A stretch of 64,000 nt of DNA. Origin: Dongia sp. (GTDB lineage Bacteria; Pseudomonadota; Alphaproteobacteria; Dongiales; Dongiaceae). How positions within the stretch are numbered: position 1 is the stretch's first letter; every line of letters starts with the position of its first letter. A model generated the notes under the pieces. That model saw nothing but the letters and a program-made list of their open reading frames with translations, was not told where the DNA came from and searched no databases. The translations under genes were made by a program, and so were the position numbers. Below, piece after piece: positions 48,985-58,634 of the stretch. Location of the stretch: assembly GCF_041909655.1 (NCBI RefSeq), contig NZ_JAYRDA010000006.1, forward strand, positions 87,274-151,273. The letters are read 5' to 3'.

Positions 48985-49611
48985 TTACCTGCCGGCCTTG
49001 CGGATGGTCTTGGCCTGGTCGGCCGAGGCATCGGCCAGGTTGTTGGCGGCGAAGCGCCAGTTCACCAATTCCCAGAACGCATTCAGGTAATCCGGACGCT
49101 TGTTCCGGTAATCGATGTAATAGGCGTGTTCCCAGACATCGCAGGTGAGCAACGGTTTGGCATCGCTGGTGAGCGGGGTCTGGGCGTTGCTGGTGTTGAC
49201 GATGTCGAGGTTGCCATCCGCTTTCTGCACCAGCCAGGTCCAGCCGGAACCGAAATTGCCCGTGGCCTGCTTGGTGAACTCGGCCTTGAAGGTATCGAAC
49301 GGGCCCCATTTTTTCTGAATCGCTTCGCCCAGCGAGCCGTCCGGCTCGCCGCCAGCCTTCGGCGCAAGGCAGTTCCAATAGAAGGTGTGGTTCCACACTT
49401 GGGCCGCGTTGTTGAAGATCGGGCCGGACGCCTTCTTGATGATCTCTTCCAGCGGCATGTTCTCGAATTCGGTGCCGACGATCATCTTGTTGAGGTTGTC
49501 GACATAGGTCTTGTGATGCTTGCCGTAGTGATACTCGAGCGTCTCTTTGGAGATATGCGGCGCAAGCGCATCCATGGCATAGGGCAGTTCGGGGAGTTTG
49601 TGGGTCGTCAT
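48985..49611 (-). CDS. sodB: Fe superoxide dismutase
   Basis: [18 protein letters not shown] (Fe-type), [15 protein letters not shown]. Confidence 0.95.
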   Translation of the reverse strand: MTTHKLPELPYAMDALAPHISKETLEYHYGKHHKTYVDNLNKMIVGTEFENMPLEEIIKKASGPIFNNAAQVWNHTFYWNCLAPKAGGEPDGSLGEAIQKKWGPFDTFKAEFTKQATGNFGSGWTWLVQKADGNLDIVNTSNAQTPLTSDAKPLLTCDVWEHAYYIDYRNKRPDYLNAFWELVNWRFAANNLADASADQAKTIRKAGR

Positions 49612-49776
49612 GGCGTGCCTTCCTTGGGAATTGGGCGTTTCAATGACGATTGCCACGCATCGGGGAGGGCAGCGCGGCAACGTGCATTTATCAGACTAGA
49701 ACGGATCGATGACCGATTGGTTCCGCATCGGGCGCGGCGGATTGGCACGTACAAAGAATAGGGAATTACCAAACAA

Positions 49777-49800
49777 AACGGGGCCCCGCAGGGCCCCGTT
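49777..49800 (-). terminator. Intrinsic terminator after the PuuD-like gene
   Basis: AACGGGGCCC-CGCA-GGGCCCCGTT followed by UUUUGUUU on the minus strand. Confidence 0.8.
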
Positions 49801-49823
49801 CGTCGTCGTGATTGTGGCTGAGA

Positions 49824-50408
49824 TCAGCCGGTATAGCCCTGCTGGTAGGCGACCATGCAATAGAGCATGGGAAGCGACAGCATGGTGTTGGTGCGCGAGA
49901 ACAGCATCGCCGTGCGCGCGGCCTTTTTCTTGGTGTCGGCATCCGCCTCGACCAGGCCCAGCGCCTTCTTCTGGTTCGGCCAGATGACGAACCAGACATT
50001 GAACGCCATGATAAGCGCCAGCCACATGCCGATGCCGATCGTGAGGAAGCCCGGCTGGAAGGTCAGGGCCTCGATCAGATAGCCAAGATGCATCGCGGTC
50101 AGCAGGCCGAACACGACTGTGCCCAAGGCCGCCCAGCGGAAGAAGAAGAGGGCAGTCGGCGCAATCACCTTGCCGATCGCCGGCTTGTGCTCGTCGGGAA
50201 TCTTGGGCATCGACGGGATCTGCACGAAGTTGAAGTAATAGAGCAGACCGATCCACAGGATGCCGAACCAGACATGGATCCAGCGGAACAGGAACGCAAA
50301 ATAGCTGCCCGGATCGAAATTGCCGAGATTGATGATCAGAAAGACGATGATGGTGAGAACGATACCTGCCGCCAGCGTGCGGTGCAGGTTTTCCAGAATT
50401 TTGCCCAT
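49824..50408 (-). CDS. Urate hydroxylase PuuD-like membrane protein (N-terminal domain only)
   Basis: FRWIHV..GILWIGLLYYFNFVQ, ALFFFRW.A, MAFNVWFVIWPNQKK, SRTNT.LS.PML; no CxxCH. Confidence 0.78.
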   Translation of the reverse strand: MGKILENLHRTLAAGIVLTIIVFLIINLGNFDPGSYFAFLFRWIHVWFGILWIGLLYYFNFVQIPSMPKIPDEHKPAIGKVIAPTALFFFRWAALGTVVFGLLTAMHLGYLIEALTFQPGFLTIGIGMWLALIMAFNVWFVIWPNQKKALGLVEADADTKKKAARTAMLFSRTNTMLSLPMLYCMVAYQQGYTG

Positions 50409-50526
50409 GGCTATCCCCCTCGATAAGCAAAAGCGGTGTGGCTATGCGCCGCATTCTATAGGATGGCCTTAACCGAAGAAACTGATTCCCCCTAATCCAT
50501 TGGAAAATTATGGGAATGCTGTGAAA

Positions 50527-51411
50527 ATGGCGCCCCCGAATCCAGACGCCGGCTCAGCCCCGGGGCAGAGCGAGGAAACCGCTCTCGCCGCCACTCTGCA
50601 GGAGTTGCGGGCGAGCGACCGAGATCGCTTTTTATGTGCATTGGCGGCCTCGGCCGATCTCCGCGCGGATCTCGCCACACTCTATGCCTTCAACGCCGAG
50701 ATCGCCGGCATCGCCGAAAAAGTCTCCGAGCCGATGCTCGGCCTCATTCGTCTGCAATGGTGGCGCGATGCCTTGGGGGACATCGCCGCCGGACGCAGCC
50801 ATCGCCATCAATTGGTCCAGGCCTTGGGCGATATCAGCCGTCGCCGTAGGCTCGATCTGGCTCTCCTGAATGCGATGCTCGATGCGCGTGAAGGCGATGT
50901 CGATCCGGCGCCGCCGCCGGATCTTGCCGCACTCGAGACCTATGCCGCAGCGACCGCCGGCAATCTTTCCGTGGCCGCGCTCGAAATCTGCCGACGCGAT
51001 CCATCGTCGGCCTTGCGCCAGGCCGCGCGCCAGGCCGGCACCGCCTATGGCCTGGTCGGCCTGATGCGTGCCACTCCCTATCTCGCGCGGCGGCGCATCA
51101 TCCGCCTGCCGCTGGCCGAGATGCAGGCGGCGCAGAGTTCGCTCGACCGGCTCTGCGATTCGAAGCCGGACGCGCAATTGCCCGGCGTCGTGGCAAAGGT
51201 GGCCGACCGGGCTGCGGTATTGCTCGATTCAGCACGTCGCGAAAAGCGCCCGGCCGATGCGGCAGCGGCGTTCTTTCCCGGCCGGCTAGCGCGGGCACAG
51301 CTTGAGCGACTGCGTCGGCACGGCTACGATCCCTTTCGACCCGGGGCAATCGCCGGGTCCGGCCTGGATATCTGGCGGCTGCTTTTGGCGCGCTGGACCG
51401 GACGTCTTTAA
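50527..51411 (+). CDS. Squalene/phytoene synthase-like protein (NDUFAF6-like)
   Basis: DRDRFL, LYAFNAEI, SEPMLGLIRLQWWRD; lacks the DDxxD motifs. Confidence 0.85.
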   Translation: MAPPNPDAGSAPGQSEETALAATLQELRASDRDRFLCALAASADLRADLATLYAFNAEIAGIAEKVSEPMLGLIRLQWWRDALGDIAAGRSHRHQLVQALGDISRRRRLDLALLNAMLDAREGDVDPAPPPDLAALETYAAATAGNLSVAALEICRRDPSSALRQAARQAGTAYGLVGLMRATPYLARRRIIRLPLAEMQAAQSSLDRLCDSKPDAQLPGVVAKVADRAAVLLDSARREKRPADAAAAFFPGRLARAQLERLRRHGYDPFRPGAIAGSGLDIWRLLLARWTGRL

Positions 51412-51443
51412 GAAACTTTTTCGGGAATGGAACGCCAGCCATC

Positions 51444-52274
51444 ATGAGCACGCCAGCCATCATCACCGTCGCCATCACCGGCAGCCAGCCCTCCAAGGCA
51501 CAGAACCCGGCCTTGCCGACGCAGCCCGCCGAGCAGATCGAAAGCACCCATGAAGCCTTCGAGGCTGGTGCCAGCCTGGTGCACATCCATGTCCGCGACG
51601 ATCAGGACAAATCCTCCTCCGACATCGAGAAGTTCCGGCAGGTGCAGGAGGGCATTGCGAAACATTGCCCGGGCATGATCATCCAGTTCTCCACCGGCGG
51701 TCGCGGCCGCGAGGCCTCGGAACGCGGCGCGGCGTTGAAGCTGAAGCCCGATATGGGCTCGCTTGCCACCGGCTCGGTCAATTTCGCGACAATCATCTAC
51801 GAGAACCCGCCGCAGCTGATCGACGATCTCGCCGGCGACATGCTGAAATATGACGTGAAGCCGGAATGCGAATTGTTCGATCTCGCCATGCTCTACAACG
51901 CGAAGGTTCTGGTCGATCGCGGCCTTCTCAAGGGGCCGGCCCATGTGCAATTTGTGCTCGGCATTCCGGGCGCCTTGCCGGCGCGGGAAAAGATCGTCGA
52001 TTTCATGCTGGAAGAGCTCACCGAAATGCTGCCGGATGCCACCTGGACGGCGGCAGCGATCGGCCGTATGCAGCTCGACGCCAATCACTGGGCGCTGAAG
52101 CGCGGTGGCCATGTGCGTACGGGCCTTGAAGACAATATCTATTTTGAAAAGGGCCGTCTTGCTGCCAGCAATGCGGAATTGGTGAAGCGCGTCGCCGATC
52201 TCTGCGGCAAATATGACCGCCATCCGGCGAGCCCGGCGGAAGCGCGCGCCTTGCTGGGCTTGCGCGCCGCCTAG
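51444..52274 (+). CDS. Beta-keto acid cleavage enzyme (BKACE, DUF849)
   Basis: IITVAITG, GASLVHIHVRD, STGG, KPECELFD, GGHVRTGLEDN. Confidence 0.92.
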   Translation: MSTPAIITVAITGSQPSKAQNPALPTQPAEQIESTHEAFEAGASLVHIHVRDDQDKSSSDIEKFRQVQEGIAKHCPGMIIQFSTGGRGREASERGAALKLKPDMGSLATGSVNFATIIYENPPQLIDDLAGDMLKYDVKPECELFDLAMLYNAKVLVDRGLLKGPAHVQFVLGIPGALPAREKIVDFMLEELTEMLPDATWTAAAIGRMQLDANHWALKRGGHVRTGLEDNIYFEKGRLAASNAELVKRVADLCGKYDRHPASPAEARALLGLRAA

Positions 52275-52279
52275 CGCAA

Positions 52280-52293
52280 TTGATTTGCATCAA
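52280..52293. promoter_or_regulatory. FNR/FixK/FnrL box upstream of adhP
   Basis: TTGAT-TTGC-ATCAA, a perfect TTGAT-N4-ATCAA. Confidence 0.85.
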
Positions 52294-52346
52294 GGCGGCG
52301 GCCCTGCTGCGCTGTGATGATGGCCTCCAATGTGAAGGAGGTTGCG

Positions 52347-53378
52347 ATGCCGAAAACCATGAAAGCCGCCGTCGTGCGCAAGTTCGGTGCGCCTCTGGCG
52401 ATCGAGCAGGTGCCTGTGCCGACGCCAGGCCCCGGCGAGGTTCTGATCAAGGTGATGGCCAGCGGCGTCTGCCATACCGATCTCCACGCCGCCGATGGCG
52501 ATTGGCCGGTGAAGCCAAACCTGCCCTTTATTCCGGGGCATGAAGGTGTCGGCATCGTCGCTGCATTGGGTGCCGGTGTTACGCGGCTGAAAGAAGGCGA
52601 TGCGGTGGGTGTGCCTTGGTTGCACGATGCCTGCGGCTGCTGCGAACATTGCATTACCGGCTGGGAGACATTGTGCGAATCCCAGCACGACACGGGCTAC
52701 AGCGTGAATGGCGGCTTTGCCGAATATGTCATCGGTGTTGCCGATTATGTCGGACGCCTGCCCGACAAGGTCAATTTCGCGGAGATGGCGCCGATCCTTT
52801 GCGCGGGTGTCACGACCTATAAAGGTCTCAAGGAAACAGATGCACGTCCCGGCGAATGGGTCGCGATCTCCGGCATCGGCGGATTGGGTCATGTCGCCGT
52901 ACAATACGCTAAGGCGATGGGCTTCCATGTCGTGGCGCTGGATATCGGTACCGAGAAGCTGGATCTCGCACGGAGACTGGGGGCAGATCTTGCGATCGAC
53001 GCGGCCGATGAAGATGCGGCGGCTCAGGTGGTAAAGGCAACCGATGGCGGTGCCCATGGTGTGCTGGTGACCGCCGTCTCGCGTGCGGCCTTCGCGCAAT
53101 CTTTGAGCTATGTGCGCCGCCGCGGCACGGTGAGCTTCGTCGGCCTGCCGCCCGGCGATTTCCCGACGCCCATCTTCGACGTGGTGCTGAAGCGAATCAC
53201 CTTGAGAGGGTCAATTGTCGGCACCCGCAAGGACCTCGCCGAAGCGATCGCCTTTGCCGCCGAGGGCAAGGTCAGGGCGCATATCCACAAGAAGCGCCTG
53301 GAGGACATCAACGAAATCTTCGCCGATCTGAAGGCGGGCCGGGTGGATGGCCGCATCGTGCTCGATTTTGCCGCTTAA
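52347..53378 (+). CDS. adhP: Zinc-dependent alcohol dehydrogenase (AdhP-type)
   Basis: [28 protein letters not shown]...[12 protein letters not shown]; AAGGAGG Shine-Dalgarno. Confidence 0.93.
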   Translation: MPKTMKAAVVRKFGAPLAIEQVPVPTPGPGEVLIKVMASGVCHTDLHAADGDWPVKPNLPFIPGHEGVGIVAALGAGVTRLKEGDAVGVPWLHDACGCCEHCITGWETLCESQHDTGYSVNGGFAEYVIGVADYVGRLPDKVNFAEMAPILCAGVTTYKGLKETDARPGEWVAISGIGGLGHVAVQYAKAMGFHVVALDIGTEKLDLARRLGADLAIDAADEDAAAQVVKATDGGAHGVLVTAVSRAAFAQSLSYVRRRGTVSFVGLPPGDFPTPIFDVVLKRITLRGSIVGTRKDLAEAIAFAAEGKVRAHIHKKRLEDINEIFADLKAGRVDGRIVLDFAA

Positions 53379-53380
53379 AT

Positions 53381-53417
53381 GAAACGGGGCGCTACCGACT
53401 GGGTAGCGCCCCGTTTC
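53381..53417. terminator. Bidirectional terminator between adhP and rpmG
   Basis: GAAACGGGGCGCTACC-N5-GGTAGCGCCCCGTTTC perfect 16-bp stem. Confidence 0.85.
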
Positions 53418-53441
53418 GAATCTCTTATCGGTCGCCCGATC

Positions 53442-53609
53442 CTACTTGATCTTGGCTTCCTTGAACGCGACGTGCTTCTTCACCACCGGATCATACTTCC
53501 GGAATTCCAGCTTCTCGGTGGTCGAGCGCGGGTTCTTCTTGGTCACATAGTAGTATCCGGTGTCGGCGCTGCTCACCAGCTTCACCAGGATCGTGGCGGA
53601 CTTGGCCAT
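53442..53609 (-). CDS. rpmG: 50S ribosomal protein L33 (absent from the ORF track, 55 aa)
   Basis: [55 protein letters not shown]. Confidence 0.97.
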   Translation of the reverse strand: MAKSATILVKLVSSADTGYYYVTKKNPRSTTEKLEFRKYDPVVKKHVAFKEAKIK

Positions 53610-53680
53610 GGCGGTCTCTCAAAAATACGTTTCTCGGCAAAAGGATGGCGCAAAATAGCGAGGAACGCCCGAATGTCAAG

Positions 53681-54400
53681 TTATTGGGCGGCCCGCATCG
53701 GCCCGGTTTGGCGGGGCTGACTCAACTTCATGATGTTATTGCGATAATTCAATAATTTAGGCGGCTCAGAACCGATCGGAATACGGTCCCGCCAGCGGCG
53801 CAAGGCGGTCTCCAGGACATATTCCGTAACGTCGACCAGCCTTAGATCGGACAGCCTTGCGGCCGGGCACCAGGCCAGATCCTCCAACTCTCCATTCCCG
53901 GCAAGCTCGCCCACAGCCCCGGCCCCGTCGGCCAGGAAAAAGCGGGTATTGAAGCGCCGCCTGGACGTGACCGGGGTGATCGCCCGGCAGAGATAATCGA
54001 AGCCTCCCAGATCCGGGGCCAGGCCCGCCACCCGATAGGCGCGCCAAAGCTCGGAATCGCCTGTGGTTTCCGATTCCGGTGCCGCTGGGCGACCGACCAG
54101 CAAGCCGGTCTCCTCGAAGGTCTCGCGAAGAGCGGCATGGAGAAAGGCTGCCGGCTGCCGGCCCAGGGCGGCGGCAATCTGAGGATGCGGTGCGCTGGCA
54201 AAGCCGCTGGGCAGGGAATCTTCCGGATCGACCCGGCCGCCGGGAACCACATGAATGCCGGGCAGGAAGCCCATGCGCGCCGGGCGCCGACCGATCAGGA
54301 TTTCCGGCTCGCCCTTTCGCGCGGCACGGATCAGGACCAATCCGGCGGCGTCAGTCGGTCGGACTGGATGGCGGCGTTTTGCGGGTTCGGTGTCGGCCAA
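53681..54400 (-). CDS. NUDIX hydrolase
   Basis: DAAGLVL, VVPGGRVD, AALRETFEETGL, AITP..RRRFNTRFF. Confidence 0.88.
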   Translation of the reverse strand: MADTEPAKRRHPVRPTDAAGLVLIRAARKGEPEILIGRRPARMGFLPGIHVVPGGRVDPEDSLPSGFASAPHPQIAAALGRQPAAFLHAALRETFEETGLLVGRPAAPESETTGDSELWRAYRVAGLAPDLGGFDYLCRAITPVTSRRRFNTRFFLADGAGAVGELAGNGELEDLAWCPAARLSDLRLVDVTEYVLETALRRWRDRIPIGSEPPKLLNYRNNIMKLSQPRQTGPMRAAQ

Positions 54401-54402
54401 GG

Positions 54403-56001
54403 TCAGGGGACGAAGGGCAGCAGCGCTTCCGCCGCGTCGTCGAGTTGTGCCGCATCGGGCGGCTGGGCAAGTCCCACCGCGCTGGCATAGAGGCTCGGCT
54501 GATCGATGAGGCGCAAGGCCAGTTCCAGATCGACCGGGTCCTCGGCACGCCGTGCCGGGCAGATGCGCCTGAGCGCATCGAGCGCCTCGGTATCGTCCGG
54601 CTTGGCGGCATTGCGGCGCATCGTGGGGACCTGGGGCAATTGCCCGGATTGCAGCTCGGCCAGCAGCGTGTCGGCGCTGACCTTGCCGCTGGTGCAGACC
54701 GTCGGCAGCACACCGAGGTGATGCAGGGTGTAGCCGGAAGGCGCATGGAAGCGCGCCCAGGTCAGCTTGATCTCGCCCTGATTGGGCAGGGTCTTGATGT
54801 TCTGGACCGTGCCCTTGCCATAGGAGTTGGAGCCGATCAGCACGGCGCGGCCATTGTCCTGCAAGGCGGCGGCCACGATTTCGGCGGCCGAGGCGGAATT
54901 GCCGTCGATCAGAACCGCGACCGGCTTTCCGTCCGAGACATCGCCTTCGCTGGCCTCGAAATATTGATGGCTGTCCGGATGGCGGCCATGGATCGAGACG
55001 ATGCGGCCTTCCTCAAGGAACATGTTGGCGACGGCGACCGATTGCGGCACCAGGCCGCCCGGATTGCCCCGGAGATCCAGGATAAAGCCTTTGAGCTTCT
55101 TGCCGATCTCCGCCTTGGCGTCCTTCATCTCGCGCTTCAGGCTGTTGGCGGTTTCGGAATTGAAGCCGAACAAGCGGAAATAGGCGACATTGCCCTCGCG
55201 CCGGTAGCTCACGGTTTCCGGCACCACATGGGCGCGCTTGACCGAAACTTCGAACGGCTCGTCCTTGCTTTCGCGCTCGACCAGCAGAAGCACCCGGCTG
55301 TCGACCTCGCCGCGCAGCAGGTTGACCACCTGCTGCTGCGTCAGTCCTTCGACGGAATCGCCGTCGATCTCCAGGATGATGTCGTCGCGCTTCAGGCCCA
55401 GGCGCTCGGCCGGGGTGTAATGCATGACCGAGGTGATGCGCACCTGGTCGTCTTCCACCGAAATACGCACGCCGATGCCGCCGAAGCCGTCCCGTGCGGC
55501 GCGTTCTTCCTTGGCTGCATCGGCCCCGGAATAACGCGAGAAACTGTCCAGCTTGCCGATGAAGCCGGTGAAGACGGTCTCGTAGACCTTTTCGTTGCCG
55601 GCCTCGGCGACGGCCGGCGATTTGAGCCGCGCTTCCTTCAGAAGCTCGGCGGCGGCGCGGCCCCATTTCTTGGCATCGGCCTCGTTCCCGTCATCGATAT
55701 GTTCGGCTTCGATCAGGGAATCGTTCCACAGCAATTTGAGATCGTCCTCGTCGCCTTCGACCTTCAGGGCGGGGTCCAGGCTGGACAATTGCTGCAGGCC
55801 GGCAAGGGTGAGATCGCTCAAACGCGGTTTGGTGATGTAGATATTGTCGATGTCACCCAGGCCGCTGACCATCATGTCGCGATCGAGGGCGGCATCGATA
55901 TCCCCCGGCGTCCTGCCGGCATCGCTGGCGCAGCCGGCAATGCCGAGGAGGAGGGGGAGGGCCAGGATCGGCAGCAAGGATTTCCGGGAACGGAAGGACA
56001 C
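54403..56001 (-). CDS. S41 family carboxy-terminal processing protease with PDZ domain, probable lipoprotein
   Basis: FGGIG PDZ loop, ILDLRGNPGG, SASAAE, GKGTVQ; LLGIAGC lipobox. Start uncertain (56001-56109). Confidence 0.88.
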   Translation of the reverse strand: MSFRSRKSLLPILALPLLLGIAGCASDAGRTPGDIDAALDRDMMVSGLGDIDNIYITKPRLSDLTLAGLQQLSSLDPALKVEGDEDDLKLLWNDSLIEAEHIDDGNEADAKKWGRAAAELLKEARLKSPAVAEAGNEKVYETVFTGFIGKLDSFSRYSGADAAKEERAARDGFGGIGVRISVEDDQVRITSVMHYTPAERLGLKRDDIILEIDGDSVEGLTQQQVVNLLRGEVDSRVLLLVERESKDEPFEVSVKRAHVVPETVSYRREGNVAYFRLFGFNSETANSLKREMKDAKAEIGKKLKGFILDLRGNPGGLVPQSVAVANMFLEEGRIVSIHGRHPDSHQYFEASEGDVSDGKPVAVLIDGNSASAAEIVAAALQDNGRAVLIGSNSYGKGTVQNIKTLPNQGEIKLTWARFHAPSGYTLHHLGVLPTVCTSGKVSADTLLAELQSGQLPQVPTMRRNAAKPDDTEALDALRRICPARRAEDPVDLELALRLIDQPSLYASAVGLAQPPDAAQLDDAAEALLPFVP

Positions 56002-56239
56002 AAGCGCCGCCCACCCAGCGCCCGTCAACTCAGCCCCCATCAATTCAGCCGGGGCGCCATGCCGCGCCGTGACGCTGAGACCCGTGTTTGCGATCAACCC
56101 GTTTGGCATCCGCTACAATCCCGGCACCGCGTCAAGCGCCGCGGGCGCTGCCGGTCCTTGTTTGTTCGGCCACAATCTAGCAGAAATCCTGCCCTAGGCT
56201 AGGGCCTCATCTGCTTCAGATTGCATACATATTGGTAGC

Positions 56240-58630
56240 CTAACGCCGTCTTTTCTTGGCTTTTCCGCCCTTTGCGGCCTTGCCCTTTGCGGCCTTGCCC
56301 TTGGGTGGCTGTCCCCGCTGGGTAGGATTTCCGCCCTTGCGCGGCGGCCCCTTGACGCCCCGGGGGCGGCCTCCCGGGCGGCTGGGTGGGGTGGAGCGGA
56401 ACTCGACGCCGTCGAAGGGTTCGGCCGACAGCATCTCAAGCGTGATGCCGCCGGTGAGCGCATCAGCGCTGACCAGCCGGACGGTAGCCGATTGGCCGAG
56501 TTGGAAACGCCGCCCGCTGCGCCGCCCCACCAAGGCATGGCGGTTCTCGTCGTGATCGTAGAAATCATTGGGCAGGGTCGAGATCGGAATGATGCCATCC
56601 GCGCCGCTGCCCCGGAGATTGATGAAGAGGCCGAAGCGGGCGACGCCGGAAATGCGGCCCTGGAATTCGGCATCCACCTTGTCGGCGAGGAAGGCTGCCA
56701 CATAGCGGTCGATGGCATCGCGTTCCGCCGCCGCGGCGCGGCGTTCGGTCGCGGAGATGTGGACGCCGGTCTCGGCGAAATCCTTCGGGTCGGATTTCTC
56801 CAGCGCGCCTTCGCCGAATTCATAGGCGCCGATCAGGGCACGATGCACCAGCAGGTCCGCATAGCGGCGGATGGGCGAGGTGAAATGCGCATAGCGCGGC
56901 AGCGCGAGACCGAAATGGCCGAGATTCTCCGGCGCATAAACGGCCTGAGCCTGCGAGCGCAGAACCAGCGTGCTGATCATCTCGGCAAAGGGCGAACCTT
57001 TTGCCTGTTCCAGAAGCCGCGTGAAATGCTTCGGCAGCAAGACCTGGCCCTTGGCGAGATTGAAATCGAGCGTCGCCAGGAATTCGCGCAAGGCCTCGAT
57101 CCGGGTTTCGTCCGGCCGGTCGTGAACGCGGTACATGCAGGGCCAGCGCTTCTTTTCCAGGGCCTCCGCCGCCGCCACATTGGCGGCGATCATGAATTCC
57201 TCGATCAGGCGGTGGCTGTCCAGGCGCGCGCGCGCCTCGATGCGGTCGATCCGGCCTTCCTTGTCGATGAAGACACGCCGCTCGGGGAGGTCGAGTTCCA
57301 ATGTGCCGCGCGCCTCGCGCGCCTTGAGAAGCGCGTTGAACGCCCCGTAAAGCGGTTTGATCACTGGATCGAGCAGCGGGGCGGTAAGCTCGTTCGAATT
57401 GCCGTCCATGGCGGCCTGCGCCAGCTCGTAGGTCAAGCGTGCGGCCGAGCGCATCAGGCCGCGCATGAATTTGTGATGCAGCTTTCGGCCGTTCGCGTCG
57501 ATGGTCATCTCGACCGCGAGCACGGGCCGATCCTCATGAGGCCGCAGCGAGCACCAGCCATTGCTGAGTTCCTCGGGCAGCATGGGAACGACGCGGTCCG
57601 GGAAATAGACCGAATTGCCGCGTTCCCAGGCATTGCGGTCGAGCGGATCGCCCGGGCGCACATACCAGGCGACATCGGCGATGGCGACCATGATGCGCCA
57701 GCCGCCGGGATTGTTCGGGTGATCGTCGGCGCTGGCCCAGACAGCGTCGTCGAAATCGCGCGCGTCATCGCCGTCGATGGTAACCAGCGGCACTTTCCGC
57801 AGGTCCGTGCGATTGCCGAGCGGGGCTGCCGTGGCGGTTTCCGCCTGTTCGAGAGCTGCCGGCGAGAACTGGAACGGGATGTGGTGTTCGGCGATCGAGA
57901 TGATGCTGACCGCTTTCGGTTCGCCGATCCTTCCGATCCGCTCGACGATGCGGGCCTTGGGCTGGCCGAGACGCCGCGCCGGTTCGACTTCCGCAACCAC
58001 GATCTCGTCTTGTTTCGCGCCGTTGACGTCGCGGGTCTCGACCACGAATTCGGTCTTCACCCTTTTACTGGAGGGAATGAGACGGCCGCTGCCATGCGGG
58101 CCTTTCTCGAAGACGCCGACCACACGCTCGGCGCGGCTTTGCAGGCGCCGGATCGGCCGGGCTTCATAGACATCGGCATCCTTGCGCTCGAGCCGTGCCA
58201 AAATTCTGTCACCCGCTGCCAAGGGCCGATCGAGCTTCTTGTCCTCGATGACGATGATCTGCGGTTCGGCATCGTCTTCCGGAAAATCGATTGGCCGCGC
58301 CCAGATATCGCCATCGGCATCCGGGCCGATCACCTGGATGACGGTGACTTCGGGAAGGGCGCCGGGGGCGGCGAGGCGCTTGGCATGGCCGCGATCGACT
58401 TCGCCTTGCTGCTCCAGTTCCTTCAGTAGCGCTTTCAATGGAATGCGGTCTTGTCCGCGCAGATGAAAAGCGCGCGCGATCTCGCGCTTGCCGACCGGCA
58501 CGGGCGAGGTGCGGATGAATTCCAGTACCTGCTCCTTGGTCGGGAACGGCACCGCCTTGCCCTCGGCTTGCGAGGACTTGGACGACTTACCCTTGCGCGG
58601 CCGCTTCGGTGCGGCTGCGTCGGCGGTCAC
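56240..58630 (-). CDS. rnr: Ribonuclease R
   Basis: TIDGDDARDFDDA, HRLIEEFMI.AN, HFTSPIRRYAD, S1 domain, basic tail. Start estimated at GTG 58630 to avoid overlap with the cupin gene. Confidence 0.95.
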   Translation of the reverse strand: MTADAAAPKRPRKGKSSKSSQAEGKAVPFPTKEQVLEFIRTSPVPVGKREIARAFHLRGQDRIPLKALLKELEQQGEVDRGHAKRLAAPGALPEVTVIQVIGPDADGDIWARPIDFPEDDAEPQIIVIEDKKLDRPLAAGDRILARLERKDADVYEARPIRRLQSRAERVVGVFEKGPHGSGRLIPSSKRVKTEFVVETRDVNGAKQDEIVVAEVEPARRLGQPKARIVERIGRIGEPKAVSIISIAEHHIPFQFSPAALEQAETATAAPLGNRTDLRKVPLVTIDGDDARDFDDAVWASADDHPNNPGGWRIMVAIADVAWYVRPGDPLDRNAWERGNSVYFPDRVVPMLPEELSNGWCSLRPHEDRPVLAVEMTIDANGRKLHHKFMRGLMRSAARLTYELAQAAMDGNSNELTAPLLDPVIKPLYGAFNALLKAREARGTLELDLPERRVFIDKEGRIDRIEARARLDSHRLIEEFMIAANVAAAEALEKKRWPCMYRVHDRPDETRIEALREFLATLDFNLAKGQVLLPKHFTRLLEQAKGSPFAEMISTLVLRSQAQAVYAPENLGHFGLALPRYAHFTSPIRRYADLLVHRALIGAYEFGEGALEKSDPKDFAETGVHISATERRAAAAERDAIDRYVAAFLADKVDAEFQGRISGVARFGLFINLRGSGADGIIPISTLPNDFYDHDENRHALVGRRSGRRFQLGQSATVRLVSADALTGGITLEMLSAEPFDGVEFRSTPPSRPGGRPRGVKGPPRKGGNPTQRGQPPKGKAAKGKAAKGGKAKKRRR

Positions 58631-58634
58631 CGGC

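Noticed and set aside
49690-49710. Possible Irr/Fur iron box upstream of sodB
   Set aside because: Too many mismatches to the Irr consensus to call by eye.
53442-53609. Cys-free L33 as a zinc-starvation paralogue
   Set aside because: The zinc-free form is the ordinary L33 in this group, and I saw no Zur box.
54079-58429. 707-aa and 645-aa plus-strand ORFs
   Set aside because: They mirror the S41 protease and rnr on the opposite strand; long stop-free antisense frames are expected in GC-rich genes.
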